Shown piece after piece: positions 22,639 through 32,525 of a stretch of DNA of 64,000 nucleotides. The DNA is taken from the NCBI GenBank assembly GCA_035505095.1, contig DATJRE010000239.1, positions 14,448 through 78,447 of the forward strand. The letters run 5' to 3'. The position numbers and the translations under genes were made by a program. The first letter of the stretch is position 1; each line of letters begins with the position of its first letter. The notes under the pieces are model-generated. The model had not been told where the DNA came from. It saw only the letters and a list, made by a program, of their open reading frames with translations, and searched no databases. The stretch comes from Bryobacteraceae bacterium. GTDB taxonomy: Bacteria > Acidobacteriota > Terriglobia > Bryobacterales > Bryobacteraceae.

Positions 22639-23436
22639 ATGATTGATCTGGCACGCGGGCTGGCCAACGAATATCTGGAAAACTGCCGTGAGCAGTTGGC
22701 GGAGGTGGAAACGGACCTTCTGGCCATCGAAAAGCGTGGTGCGGATATCGATGAGGAACGGATCCACAGTGTCCTCCGCGCCATTCATTCGATCAAAGGC
22801 GGCGCCGGCTTTTTCGGCCTGGTGAAGATCGCCGAGTTGGCCCATCGGGCGGAGGACGTGCTTTCGCTCATGCGCTCGCGCGAGCTGGTCCCCACGCCGG
22901 ACGCGGTGCACACTCTGCTGCGCACGGCCGACCGGCTGTGCGAACTGGTGGAGGACCCGCGCGACGACCGGCAGCAGGATATTGCCGGAATCCTGGCGGA
23001 GTTAGACAGCCTGCGCGGCCAGGGGCAAGGCCCGCATCGCTTGCGCACGCTGCTGGTGGAAGATGATTTTACCAGCCGTCTTTTCCTGCAGACCTTCCTC
23101 AGCCGCTATGGGGATTGTCATATCGCCGTCAATGGCAGGGAGGCCGTGGAGGCGTTTCGTTCCGCACTGGAGCGCGGCCAGGGATACGATCTGATCTGCA
23201 TGGACATCATGATGCCCGAAATGGATGGCCACGCAGCCGTGCAGCAGGTGCGGGCCATCGAGGAAGGTCATGGCGTCCTCTCTACCTGGGGCGTGAAGAT
23301 CATCATGACGACGGCGCTTGACGGGGTCAAGGACGTGTCCCAGTCCTACATGGAACTCTGCGACGCTTACCTGGTGAAGCCCATCGACCTGAGTAAATTG
23401 CTGCGCCACATGCGCTGCTTTCAATTGGTCCCATAG
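22639..23436 (+). CDS. Hpt (CheA-P1-like) domain fused to a response-regulator receiver
   Basis: RBS AAAGGGGGA. Hpt histidine context LRAIHSIKGGAGFFG. Receiver LLVEDDFTSRL...LICMDIMMPEMDG...YLVKP. Confidence 0.85.
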   Translation: MIDLARGLANEYLENCREQLAEVETDLLAIEKRGADIDEERIHSVLRAIHSIKGGAGFFGLVKIAELAHRAEDVLSLMRSRELVPTPDAVHTLLRTADRLCELVEDPRDDRQQDIAGILAELDSLRGQGQGPHRLRTLLVEDDFTSRLFLQTFLSRYGDCHIAVNGREAVEAFRSALERGQGYDLICMDIMMPEMDGHAAVQQVRAIEEGHGVLSTWGVKIIMTTALDGVKDVSQSYMELCDAYLVKPIDLSKLLRHMRCFQLVP

Positions 23437-23790
23437 GCCGCGGGGCCGCGGAGGCGAGGCCGTGTGAACCGCGCGCCCGCGAACACCTGCCCGATGCCAA
23501 AGACTCTGTGCACATTCCTCCAGCGCCTTCCACCGCCGACCGGGTTCGAGGTGGCTGAGGTGCAACCCACCGTCGCCGATTTCCGTGGCATGCGCGCCGA
23601 CAGGGATGGATACGGATCGCTTCGATATCATCGCCAAAACCACCACCTTCCGGGAGCCATCCCCAACGGAAGCCGGGCAGAAACCGGCATTGCCAAAGCG
23701 TCCCTGCCATGTTTGGTGATCCACCATGCGGAGGAAAAGCCCATAACTGAAGCCAGCGGATTCGTTCGCACGATTGGCTGGGCATGATCG

Positions 23791-23819
23791 TTGACTTCAC
23801 TCCCAGGCGGGCGGATCAT
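23791..23819 (+). promoter_or_regulatory. candidate sigma70 promoter TTGACT-17-GATCAT upstream of the His-rich gene
   Basis: TTGACT at 23791-23796 and GATCAT at 23814-23819 (17-nt spacer). The ATG at 23839 follows CAGAGG. Confidence 0.3.
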
Positions 23820-23838
23820 GCCCTCAGAGGCAACAATT

Positions 23839-24198
23839 ATGACCGAAACGTGCACCAAACACGAAGGGCATGCACATGTCCACGGACCGGACTGCGGCCA
23901 TACCGCCGTAAAGCATGACGGCCACACGGACTATCTGCACGATGGGCATCTGCACCACGTCCACGACGGCCATGTCGATGAGCACAGGCTTTCGGCGGGC
24001 GGGGCGAATCCGGATAAGTGCACTCCCGCACATCGCTGCGACGCGCACGACCCCGCCCATGTTCACGGCCCGGAATGCGGCCATCCCGGGGTGCCGCACG
24101 GGGATCACGTGGACTACCTGGTAAGCGGCCATCTGCATCATCCCCATGGCCAGCACTGCGACGATCACGGCCGGCTGGAAGTAGCCGCAGCCCGCTGA
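23839..24198 (+). CDS. His/Cys-rich putative metal-binding protein with an internal tandem duplication
   Basis: 119 aa from MTETCTKHEGH, with 27 His and 6 Cys by my count. Two ~45-aa repeats share HVHGP(D/E)CGH..V.H..H.DYL..GHLHH.H..H.D(E/D)H. Confidence 0.6.
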   Translation: MTETCTKHEGHAHVHGPDCGHTAVKHDGHTDYLHDGHLHHVHDGHVDEHRLSAGGANPDKCTPAHRCDAHDPAHVHGPECGHPGVPHGDHVDYLVSGHLHHPHGQHCDDHGRLEVAAAR

Positions 24199-24322
24199 GG
24201 GAGGGCGGCTGGCGGCGTATTCCGTTGACTATTGCGAGAGGGTATCTCTATCCCTGAGCGTCCTTGAGGACCAGCCCGGCGGGATCTCCGCTGCGACAGG
24301 CAGACATAGAGAGGAGAACCTT

Positions 24323-25129
24323 ATGCCAACAATTCGAGATAACTACTTCACCGCTTACCGCACTCTGAAGCTGACGCGAGACGCCGCGGGTGTGCTCGTC
24401 GTTGAGTTTCACAGCAACGGTGGGCCGTGTACCTTCTCGGCGCTCCATCACACCGAGGTTGTCGATGCGTTTCACCGGATCGCGCAAGATCGAGCCAACA
24501 AGATTGTGATTCTGACTGGCGCAGGCGGGGACTTCATTATTGGGGTTGATTGGTCATCTTTCGGCGACGTCGCCGATCCAGGCGTTTGGAGTCAGATTCA
24601 CGACGAAGGCACTCAGGTTTTGGAAAACATCGCCAACATTCGCGTGCCGGTCATCGCGGCGATTGAGGGACGCGCGCATATTCACTCAGACTACGCCTTG
24701 CTCGCCAACGTGATTGTGGCGGCCGAGGGGGCGACCTTTCAGGACGTGGGGCATTACGCGGCCGGCGTGGTCCCCGGCGACGGAATCTTTACCACCTGGA
24801 GTTATCGCGCTGGAGCGGGACGCGCCGAAGCGTTCCTCCTCTACCCACAGCCGCTGCCGGCGCGCACGGCCCATGAATGGGGAGTGGTCGCGGAAATAGT
24901 GCCAAACGGTAAAGCGCTCGGCCGCGCGCAAGAATTGGCCGGGATATACCTGCAGGCTCCCGAAGTGACGCGCCGCGATACGCGCATCCACTTCATTCAA
25001 CCTTTGAAGGAGCGCCTCGTGCGTGAAGTTGGCTACGGACTGGCGCTCGAAGGAGCATCCTCGGCGGCCCTCGTCAAATCAAAGCAGGCCAAGAGCGAGT
25101 CGGCCGTCCAGAAAGTCAAGTCTGCATGA
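24323..25129 (+). CDS. enoyl-CoA hydratase/isomerase (crotonase) family protein
   Basis: RBS GAGAGGAG. Crotonase fold signatures: VVEFHSNGGPCTFSALHHTEVVDAF...IVILTGAGGDFIIG ... VPVIAAIEGRA. Confidence 0.8.
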   Translation: MPTIRDNYFTAYRTLKLTRDAAGVLVVEFHSNGGPCTFSALHHTEVVDAFHRIAQDRANKIVILTGAGGDFIIGVDWSSFGDVADPGVWSQIHDEGTQVLENIANIRVPVIAAIEGRAHIHSDYALLANVIVAAEGATFQDVGHYAAGVVPGDGIFTTWSYRAGAGRAEAFLLYPQPLPARTAHEWGVVAEIVPNGKALGRAQELAGIYLQAPEVTRRDTRIHFIQPLKERLVREVGYGLALEGASSAALVKSKQAKSESAVQKVKSA

Positions 25130-25148
25130 CGGGCCCGGGGGAGACGTT

Positions 25149-26633
25149 ATGACCCGATCGGCTGTCACCGCCGGTGAATTGAAGGTCGAGTCTCCCTCAG
25201 CTATGGGGCAGCCATTTCTGTCTCTCGTGGTGGCGATCCTTTGGTGCACTCCTCTTTTCGCACAGAGTCCGCCGGCTTCGCCAAATCATCCCTGGCATTC
25301 GCCTGACGAGCGAACCCTCGCTGCAGAGGGGAGGCGCTACCAAACCGCGTTGATTCCTCCGGCCGGGAAAGCCTACTCCTTGACGGAACTGATCGATTTT
25401 GCCGAGAGCCACAATCCGCAAACACGCGTGAGTTGGGAAAACGCCCTTGCCCAAGGCGAAGCTCTGGGAATCGCCCGTAGCGAACTCTTTCCGCTGTTAT
25501 CCGCCGTAGCCACCTCCGGAGTGCAGCGGGACGAGATTCCTTTCGGGAGCCGGTTCTACCGGGATACGGTGCCTGCGTTCGACGCCTCGCTCGATCTCAG
25601 CTACACCATCTTCGATTTTGGGGCCCGCCGGGGCCGAATCGATGCGGAGCGTGCGCGGTTACTGGCGGCCAACTTCGCCTTCAATGACCTTCACCGCAAC
25701 CTGATCTTTCAGGTGCAGCAGGCTTATTACCGGCTGCTGAATGCCGCAGGCCAGGAAGCCGCCGCGCGGGCGAGTCTGGCCAACGCGGAGCAGGTGCAGC
25801 AGGCCGCCGAAGCCCGCCTGCATAATGGCCTGGCCACTCTACCGGACGTTCTCGAAGCGCGCAGCGCCACCGCCCAGGCGCAGTACGACCTCCAGGCGAT
25901 CCTGGGACTGGAACAAATCGTCCGGGGCGATTTGGCCACCGCTCTGGGCCTTCCCGCGGCCACCATGATTCCCATTCAGCCTCTGGACGAAATTCCAACT
26001 GCCGAATCGATCGGCGAGACGGTCGAACAGGTGATCCAGCGTGCGCTCGAGCAGCGGCCCGACCTGCAGGTGGAAGCAGCCAATGTCCGCGCCGCCAATG
26101 CCGAGCGCCGGCAGGCGCGCTCGGCGTTTTTTCCCGATTTGAAATTTCAAGCCGAACCTACCGCCGAGTCGCTGTACTTTCAGCAGCAGACTCTTCCGTG
26201 GGGACACACGGCCGACATCACCGGCCGAATGGCGTTGGCCCTGAACTGGACGGTATTCGACGGAGGCGCGCGCAGAAGCCGCCTGGCGCAGGCGGAGGCG
26301 GACATCCGCGAGTCGGAAGCGCGGGCCGGCGCGGTGTCCGACCGCATCGAAGACGAGGTTTGGACGGCCTACGCCAACCTGACCACGGCGTTTCGGCAGC
26401 GGGAAGCCGCAACCGCGCTTTTGACTGCGGCGACCCAGTCCTATAACTCCTCTCTGGAATCCTACAACTATGGGGTGCGGAACTTATTGGATGTAACTGC
26501 CGCGCAAAAGGTGCTGGCCGGGGCCCGATCGGCGGATGTGCTGGCGCGAACGCAGGTACTCACTGCTCTGGCGGATCTGGCTTATCGTGCCGCCGATTCG
26601 ATCCAGGCCAACACGCGGACACCCAGCCCATGA
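25149..26633 (+). CDS. TolC-family outer membrane efflux protein (OMF)
   Basis: Signal peptide, then two OEP repeats (LTELIDFAESHNPQTRV... and VIQRALEQRPDLQVEAANVRAANAERRQARSAFFPDL). Start 25149 or 25206; ORF maximum 25023. Confidence 0.85.
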   Translation: MTRSAVTAGELKVESPSAMGQPFLSLVVAILWCTPLFAQSPPASPNHPWHSPDERTLAAEGRRYQTALIPPAGKAYSLTELIDFAESHNPQTRVSWENALAQGEALGIARSELFPLLSAVATSGVQRDEIPFGSRFYRDTVPAFDASLDLSYTIFDFGARRGRIDAERARLLAANFAFNDLHRNLIFQVQQAYYRLLNAAGQEAAARASLANAEQVQQAAEARLHNGLATLPDVLEARSATAQAQYDLQAILGLEQIVRGDLATALGLPAATMIPIQPLDEIPTAESIGETVEQVIQRALEQRPDLQVEAANVRAANAERRQARSAFFPDLKFQAEPTAESLYFQQQTLPWGHTADITGRMALALNWTVFDGGARRSRLAQAEADIRESEARAGAVSDRIEDEVWTAYANLTTAFRQREAATALLTAATQSYNSSLESYNYGVRNLLDVTAAQKVLAGARSADVLARTQVLTALADLAYRAADSIQANTRTPSP

Positions 26634-26890
26634 GCGGCAGTCGCTACCGCCCGATCGCCGTTTTCCTGGCAGCCATCTGGTTAGCCGGCTGCGCCCGCGC
26701 CCCCTCGTTCGACCTTCTCGGATCCTTCTTTCCGGCCTGGCTCTTGTGTCTCGCCGTGGGCGTGGTGCTCGCTTTCGCGGCGGGCTGGCTGCTGTTGCGC
26801 CTCGGAATCGTGATCGCAGTCCCGGTTCTGACCTATCCCAGCCTCACTGCGCTGTTCGCCTGCATGTTGTGGCTGGCCTTCTTTCAATAG
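26630..26890 (+). CDS. YtcA-like small lipoprotein/membrane protein of FUSC-type efflux operons
   Basis: 86 aa. Lipobox LAGC. GSFFPAWLLC and C-terminal MLWLAFFQ resemble E. coli YtcA as I recall it. ATGA overlap with the OMF stop. Confidence 0.6.
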   Translation: MSGSRYRPIAVFLAAIWLAGCARAPSFDLLGSFFPAWLLCLAVGVVLAFAAGWLLLRLGIVIAVPVLTYPSLTALFACMLWLAFFQ

Positions 26891-26903
26891 CGGGGAAAAC
26901 ACT

Positions 26904-28109
26904 GTGAGTCCGCAGACAGGAAAAATCGTTGGGCGGTTCCTTACCGGCGCGATTGTGGCCGGCGCCATCGCCGTTGGACTGGTGGTGATCTACGATCAGA
27001 ATCGCTATCCGCGAACCGACGACTGCGAGGTATTCGCGAACTTCATTGGTATCGCTCCGCAGGTGGAAGGTCCGATACTCCACTTGAATGTTCGCGATAA
27101 CCAGTTCGTCAAACAAGGGGATCTGCTGTTCGAAATTGACGACCGGCCGTACCGCTATGCCCTGGAGCGAGCCATCTCCGAACAGGCGGCGCTCGAAGGC
27201 CAGATTGTCGACGAGCGCCGCACAATCGCGGCCCAGGGGAGCGCCGTATCTGTGGCGGAGGCCAATATTCAGGCCAGCACGGCCGACATCGCTCGCTGGG
27301 CAGCGGCCGTCGATCAGGCACGCGCCGATGTGGCCGATGCCGAGCAGGGCGTAAGCCGCGCCCAAGCCGAGTGGAGCTATGCGGATCACAACCTGCATCG
27401 CATTGAGCCGCTGCTGGTGAAACAGTTCGTCACGGCCGATCAAGTGGACCGTGCCAGAACGTCGGAGCTCGCACTGGGACAAGCTTTGAAGCAGGCCCAA
27501 TCCCAACTGCTGCTGGCCAAAGCGGGATTACAATCCGCCCTGGCGCAGGAGCAGCGCTCCAAAGCCGTGCTGCAACAATCCATCGCCGGGCACGAACAGG
27601 CGCAGCATGCCGTCACCACGCTGGAACCCCTGGTCAATCAGCGCGGGGCCAGAGCCTCGGCTATCGAAACCGCCCGTTACAATCTGAATAACTGCCGCGT
27701 CTATGCGCCCTTCGATGCGCGCGTAACGAACCTGATCATTTCCCAGGGCGCCTACGCGCACGTCGGCCAGCAGATCTTCACGTTGATTGACGCCCGTACC
27801 TGGTGGGCCATCGGCAACTTTCGGGAGAGCCAGCTACAGCACATCGCCCCGGGGATGCATGCCGACGTCTATGTTCTGTCGAAACCGAACGTGCGCTTTT
27901 CGGGAGTGGTGGACAGCATCGGTTTCGGTGTGACTCCGGACGCCGATGTGGTCGGACGTTTGGAACCTGCCGGATTGCCGGACGTGCAACGCACTCTGAG
28001 CTGGGTACACCTGGCTTCGCGGTTTCCGGTTCGCGTCCGCATCGAAAATGCCCCGCCGGACTTGTTGCGCGTGAGCGAATCGGCGGTCGTCTCGATTCGA
28101 GGACGCTGA
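26904..28109 (+). CDS. HlyD-family periplasmic adaptor (MdtN/AaeA-like)
   Basis: GTG start and a single N-terminal TM. Lipoyl/barrel motifs VEGPILHLNVRDNQFVKQGDLLFEIDDRPY ... CRVYAPFDARVTNLII. A long coiled-coil lies between them. Confidence 0.85.
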   Translation: MSPQTGKIVGRFLTGAIVAGAIAVGLVVIYDQNRYPRTDDCEVFANFIGIAPQVEGPILHLNVRDNQFVKQGDLLFEIDDRPYRYALERAISEQAALEGQIVDERRTIAAQGSAVSVAEANIQASTADIARWAAAVDQARADVADAEQGVSRAQAEWSYADHNLHRIEPLLVKQFVTADQVDRARTSELALGQALKQAQSQLLLAKAGLQSALAQEQRSKAVLQQSIAGHEQAQHAVTTLEPLVNQRGARASAIETARYNLNNCRVYAPFDARVTNLIISQGAYAHVGQQIFTLIDARTWWAIGNFRESQLQHIAPGMHADVYVLSKPNVRFSGVVDSIGFGVTPDADVVGRLEPAGLPDVQRTLSWVHLASRFPVRVRIENAPPDLLRVSESAVVSIRGR

Positions 28110-28111
28110 AA

Positions 28112-30241
28112 ATGGCCACGCTCGCGCAACGTATGGGCGCCATGGGCGACTCCCCGCCGGAAGGGTGGTTTTGGGAGTTCCTCAAAGCGGAGCTGGCTCC
28201 CTACCCCGGCCGGGTGGCGACCGTGGGACGCATGGTGCTGGCCGCCACTCTGGTCGCGCTCATTTGCGAAATCTTTCGCATTCCATTCGCATTTCAGGGA
28301 ACGATTTTTACGCTTCTCATTTCCCGGGAGAGTCCTCAAGCCACCGTGCGGTCGGCGGGCACGATTTTTCTGGTTACGGGGATGGGCGCGGCTTACGTTT
28401 TGATCGGCGCGTGGTTCGTGATCAACATCCCGTGGCTGCATTTCCTCTGGAACATCTGCTCCTTGTTCCTGGCCTTCTTTGTAATTGCCGCGCTGACCAA
28501 CTACACCGCAGCGGTGATATTCGCCGTCCTCGTTGCGATTGGAATTCCTTTATGGGACAGCCTCGTGCCGGCGGAGACGAATGTCGAATTGACGCTTTGG
28601 GTCGTTCTGGAGGGGGCCATCGGGGTTTCCGTATCGATGGCGATCGAACTGGCCTTTGCGCGCACCCGGCATGGCGACGATATCGTCCTCCCGATCGCGC
28701 GGCGTCTGGCCGCCGTGCGGAATGTGCTGGCCGCCTGCGCGGAAGGCGGCGCTCGGAATCACGCCGCCAAAGTGGATATCGTCCGGCAGCGCGTGCTCGG
28801 CACCTCCCTTCTGCGGCGCTTTTTGCATCGGTCCACCTATTCGCCCTTGTATCGCGCCCAGATGAGCGGTGTCGCCGGCCTTACGGGCAGGCTGGTGGAC
28901 ATTGCCGCTGCCCTCGCGGATATTCCACGGCAAGCCTCCGGAGCGGTCGCGAGCCGAGCGCGCAATCTGGCGGCGTCCATTGGGCGCATCAGCGACGACC
29001 TGCTGCAGCAGCGGATTCCCCAACCAGTCCAGTTCGAGGGCGATAGCGATACTTCATCGGAAGCCTCCCTTTTAGGGGAAATGGAAGATTCGGTCTCGCT
29101 GATTCCCCAAGCGTTTGCCGGCTCGCACGCGATCGATGAATACGAGGTGAGCGCCGACGATCTGCCGCGGCCAATGCTATTTGGCGCGAGCGCATTCTCC
29201 AATCCAGCCAACTATCGATTTGCTTTGCGAGGCTGCCTGGCGGCCGGCGGCGCTTACGTCATCTATCATGCGATCGACTGGCCGGGCCTCAGCACCTCGG
29301 TCTCTACCTGCCTGTTGACAGCCCTTTCCACGATGGGCGCGTCCCGCCAGAAACAGTTTCTACGGCTCGTGGGGTTCCTGATCGGCGGCATTCTTGGCAT
29401 CGGCGTGCAGATCTTCGTTTTGCCATCGCTCGATTCCATCGCCGGGTTTATGGTGGTTTTCGTGCCGGTTACTCTGTTCTCCGCCTGGATCATGACGTCC
29501 GGCCCCCGCCTGTCTTATCTGGGCTTACAGGCGGCTCTTGGTTTCTATCTCATCCACCTGCAGGAATCCGCGCCGCAATTATCGCTTTCCGTAGCGCGCG
29601 ATCGCCTCGTTGGCATCCTCTTGGGCCTGTTTATGATGTGGCTGGTTTTCGATCATCTTTGGACCGCCCCGGCGGCCGTCGAGATGAAGACGGCGTTCCT
29701 TGCCGGCATTCGCCTCCTGGCCCAACTTACCCGGGAACCGTCATCGAGCGAAATCCGCGCAGCCATCAAGCGCAGTCATGTCCTGAGCGAAATGCTCAAC
29801 GCCCAGTGGGATAAAGTGAGATCCCTGGCCGATGGGGTGCTCTTCGAATTCGGCCCTTCGCGGCCCTACGGCCTGGCTCTGCGCAGCCGCGTCCGGCGCT
29901 GGCAGCCCCGATTGCGCGCGCTCTTCCTGATGCGCCGCGCTTCTTTGAGATTCAGCCTGGGATTGCAGGGGTTCGAACTGCCGGAAGCCGGGCGCCGCAC
30001 GCTGCGGCAGTACAATGAACGCTCCGCGCGCATGCTGGATGAAATGGCGGACCGGCTGGAGGGCCGCATGAATGAGCCAATGCCGGAGCCCGATGGGGAC
30101 GAACAATTCGTGGACCAGGTTCTGGCGGCATGCGGCTGCGAAGCGCGGGAATTGCCGCCGCAGATGCGGTCTTTCGGAATCCTGCTCCGCCGAATCGACG
30201 GCGTGACCCGCTCGCTGGCGGAAGAGGTTCGCGCGGCGTAG
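28112..30241 (+). CDS. FUSC-family (MdtO/AaeB-like) inner membrane efflux protein
   Basis: Start ATG 28112, 2 nt after the HlyD stop; ORF maximum 27803 overlaps HlyD. Two polytopic TM blocks separated by a cytoplasmic helical region, as in the fusaric-acid-resistance family. Confidence 0.8.
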   Translation: MATLAQRMGAMGDSPPEGWFWEFLKAELAPYPGRVATVGRMVLAATLVALICEIFRIPFAFQGTIFTLLISRESPQATVRSAGTIFLVTGMGAAYVLIGAWFVINIPWLHFLWNICSLFLAFFVIAALTNYTAAVIFAVLVAIGIPLWDSLVPAETNVELTLWVVLEGAIGVSVSMAIELAFARTRHGDDIVLPIARRLAAVRNVLAACAEGGARNHAAKVDIVRQRVLGTSLLRRFLHRSTYSPLYRAQMSGVAGLTGRLVDIAAALADIPRQASGAVASRARNLAASIGRISDDLLQQRIPQPVQFEGDSDTSSEASLLGEMEDSVSLIPQAFAGSHAIDEYEVSADDLPRPMLFGASAFSNPANYRFALRGCLAAGGAYVIYHAIDWPGLSTSVSTCLLTALSTMGASRQKQFLRLVGFLIGGILGIGVQIFVLPSLDSIAGFMVVFVPVTLFSAWIMTSGPRLSYLGLQAALGFYLIHLQESAPQLSLSVARDRLVGILLGLFMMWLVFDHLWTAPAAVEMKTAFLAGIRLLAQLTREPSSSEIRAAIKRSHVLSEMLNAQWDKVRSLADGVLFEFGPSRPYGLALRSRVRRWQPRLRALFLMRRASLRFSLGLQGFELPEAGRRTLRQYNERSARMLDEMADRLEGRMNEPMPEPDGDEQFVDQVLAACGCEARELPPQMRSFGILLRRIDGVTRSLAEEVRAA

Positions 30242-30269
30242 CCACGCTGCCGGCGCCGCGAAACGGCGG

Positions 30270-32525
30270 TTATTTCTCGAACACGATTCCGGCCGAAGGC
30301 AGGATGGGGAACATGGTATCCAGGGTCAGGTAGGCCTGGTGGGTGGTGGCATTGTAGCCGTTGAAGCTGTCGAAAATATAATTCGTGCGGTTGGTCACGT
30401 TGAGCACTTCGCCATAGAGCGTCAGCTTCCACTTATTCCCGGTCCACGATTTATTGATTCTCAGGTCGGTGCGAAAGTAGGCCGGCATCCGTAATTGGTT
30501 GCGCACAGTGGTGAGGTAATACAGGCTGCCTGCCTTAGTCAAATACCCGGGAATGGGGAAACCGCTGCCGTAACTGGAGCGCACGCTCAGATTCACGGTG
30601 GGCTTGATTCGATAACCGCCGTAGATATTCACCGTGTGGCGCTGGTCATAGTCCGACGGAAAGTGGGATAGAGTAACTCCATCGGTCATTTCGGTGTGGC
30701 CATAGGCATAAGAGAGCCATCCGGTGAAGCGGTTGGCGCTGCTGCGCTGGAGAAAGATCTCGGCGCCGCGCGAGTAACCGCGTTCGGAATTGACATAGGG
30801 CGGATTGAGCGGCGGAGCGAAGACCGTCAAGCCAGGCAACAACAGCCGCGGATAGTCGAGCGGCTGAAAGGTGAGGTCGCGGTCGGCCCGGTTGTAGTAT
30901 TCCAGGCGCAGGCGGGTGCGCGCTCCGAGGCGTTGTTCCAAAGCGGCGATGGCATGGATCGAGCGCGCCGGCAGCAACCCCCGGCCGCCCAATGGCGAGG
31001 TGAGCAGTGCCAGTTCCTGGTATTGCACATACTGGCCCCAGCCCAATTGCACGCGCGTGGAATCCCCCAGCACGAAGGCCGCCGAGGCTTGTGCCGAGAG
31101 CGGCGTGGTCTGGCCGATGGAAAGATGGTCCCAGCGGGCGCCGGCCACGAGGTGGATGTGGCCCTCCAATCCCGTCCAGGATTGCTGCGCGAAACCGCCG
31201 CTATGCGCCGCGTCCCCGTTGGAGTGGTCCAGTAACTGTAAGTTGGTAACTGCGTTGTTGTACTGGAAGGAATCCCCGGATTCGCGAATCTGCCGCACGG
31301 AAGCGCCGAAATCGAGCGGCAGGCGCGAATTCCAAAACCACGTGGCCGTGCCGTTGGCGACCCATTCCCCATAGAATCCACTGCCCAGAGGGTTATTCGT
31401 GGGATTGGTATTGTCGTACTTCTCGCGCATCCAGGCGGCATGCGTGGACACCAAAAACTTTTCTCCCGGCGAATAGCGCCAGCCCAGGTTAGCCAGGGTG
31501 TAATGATACGCGGCGCCGGCCAGCGAGTTTACTCCCAGGGTCGAGCGATTGGAGCGGTCCAGAGTGGAGTAGCTGTCCAGTAAATACAAGGTGACGCTAT
31601 GGTGAGGAGTCAGATCATAGGATAGACGCCCCTGGAAGTCCTCGAATCCGAAGATAATGCTGGTGTCGGGAAAGGTGCGCTCGAAAATATATTGCAGATA
31701 GCTTTTGCGCACGCTGAAAATCCAGGAGCCGTGCTTGTGCTTGCCCAGCGGACCTTCGGCCATTACGCTGGCGTTGGAGGCGCTGGCAGACGCGCGCACG
31801 CTGATGTTATCGCGGTTGCCATCGCGGGTATGGACGTCCAGAATTCCGGCAGTGCGGTCCTCGAAGCGCTCGGGCCAGGCGCTTTCGTGGAGTTCCATCT
31901 CCTCCACCATGTCGCCGTTGAAGGCGGTCACCGAAGCCGGCGCATTCTCGCCTTGCAGCATATCGAATGGAGCATGCAGCAGGACGCCATCCAGGTAGAG
32001 TCCGATCTGGCTGAAATTGGCGCCGCGGAGGGAAAAGCGGGCGTCGAAGTCGTTGTTGGAACTGACGCCGGGCAGGTTTTGCACCGCGCGGAGCGGGTCG
32101 TCGGCCAGCACGCTGCCCAGGTTCTTGGCGTCATTGCCGGCCAGCACGAGAGCGTCGGGGCTATCCTGGCGGACGGTTTCGAAGGGACTGGCCTGCACAT
32201 CCACAGTGGTGGTCTGGCGCAGGGTATCGGAGTTGAGCACCACCTCGAAATCCTGGGTCTCGCCGGCGTTCAGGTGGAACGGCCGTTTGACCAGGTGGTA
32301 GCCGACGGTGGACACGGTGAGGACGTAATCGCCCGCGGCCACCCCTTCGATGCGGAAGTGGCCGGTGCGATCGGAAGTGGTGCGATAGGCGCCGCCCACC
32401 AGTTGGACGATCACATCGGAGAGGGCCTCGCCGCCGCGTCCGTCGACCACCGTGCCCCGGACTTCGCCAGCGTCCTGTGCCCCGGCCAACCGTAGCGCCA
32501 GGACCAGGAGGGTCAAAAACCGCAC
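30270..32525 (-). CDS. TonB-dependent receptor with carboxypeptidase-regulatory-like N-terminal domain
   Basis: GTG start and signal peptide. GTVVDGRGGEALSDVIVQLVG...GDYVLTVSTVGY (CarbopepD_reg-like). Plug region VQNLPGVSS. C-terminal beta-barrel ending in the aromatic terminus ...AGIVFEK. Confidence 0.85.
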   Translation of the reverse strand: MRFLTLLVLALRLAGAQDAGEVRGTVVDGRGGEALSDVIVQLVGGAYRTTSDRTGHFRIEGVAAGDYVLTVSTVGYHLVKRPFHLNAGETQDFEVVLNSDTLRQTTTVDVQASPFETVRQDSPDALVLAGNDAKNLGSVLADDPLRAVQNLPGVSSNNDFDARFSLRGANFSQIGLYLDGVLLHAPFDMLQGENAPASVTAFNGDMVEEMELHESAWPERFEDRTAGILDVHTRDGNRDNISVRASASASNASVMAEGPLGKHKHGSWIFSVRKSYLQYIFERTFPDTSIIFGFEDFQGRLSYDLTPHHSVTLYLLDSYSTLDRSNRSTLGVNSLAGAAYHYTLANLGWRYSPGEKFLVSTHAAWMREKYDNTNPTNNPLGSGFYGEWVANGTATWFWNSRLPLDFGASVRQIRESGDSFQYNNAVTNLQLLDHSNGDAAHSGGFAQQSWTGLEGHIHLVAGARWDHLSIGQTTPLSAQASAAFVLGDSTRVQLGWGQYVQYQELALLTSPLGGRGLLPARSIHAIAALEQRLGARTRLRLEYYNRADRDLTFQPLDYPRLLLPGLTVFAPPLNPPYVNSERGYSRGAEIFLQRSSANRFTGWLSYAYGHTEMTDGVTLSHFPSDYDQRHTVNIYGGYRIKPTVNLSVRSSYGSGFPIPGYLTKAGSLYYLTTVRNQLRMPAYFRTDLRINKSWTGNKWKLTLYGEVLNVTNRTNYIFDSFNGYNATTHQAYLTLDTMFPILPSAGIVFEK

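Noticed and set aside
23464-23787. 107-aa ORF (GTG start) in the gap upstream of the His-rich gene
   Set aside because: No SD and no recognisable domain. Third-position GC is lower than in neighbouring genes, and several rare codons are used. I kept it as non-coding leader or promoter space, but a small gene cannot be excluded.
27803-28111. Upstream extension of the FUSC ORF (812 aa from 27803)
   Set aside because: It overlaps the 3' 300 nt of the HlyD gene in another frame. The extension is Arg/Gly/Cys-rich. ATG 28112, 2 nt after the HlyD stop, gives a sensible N-terminus (MATLAQRMG...).
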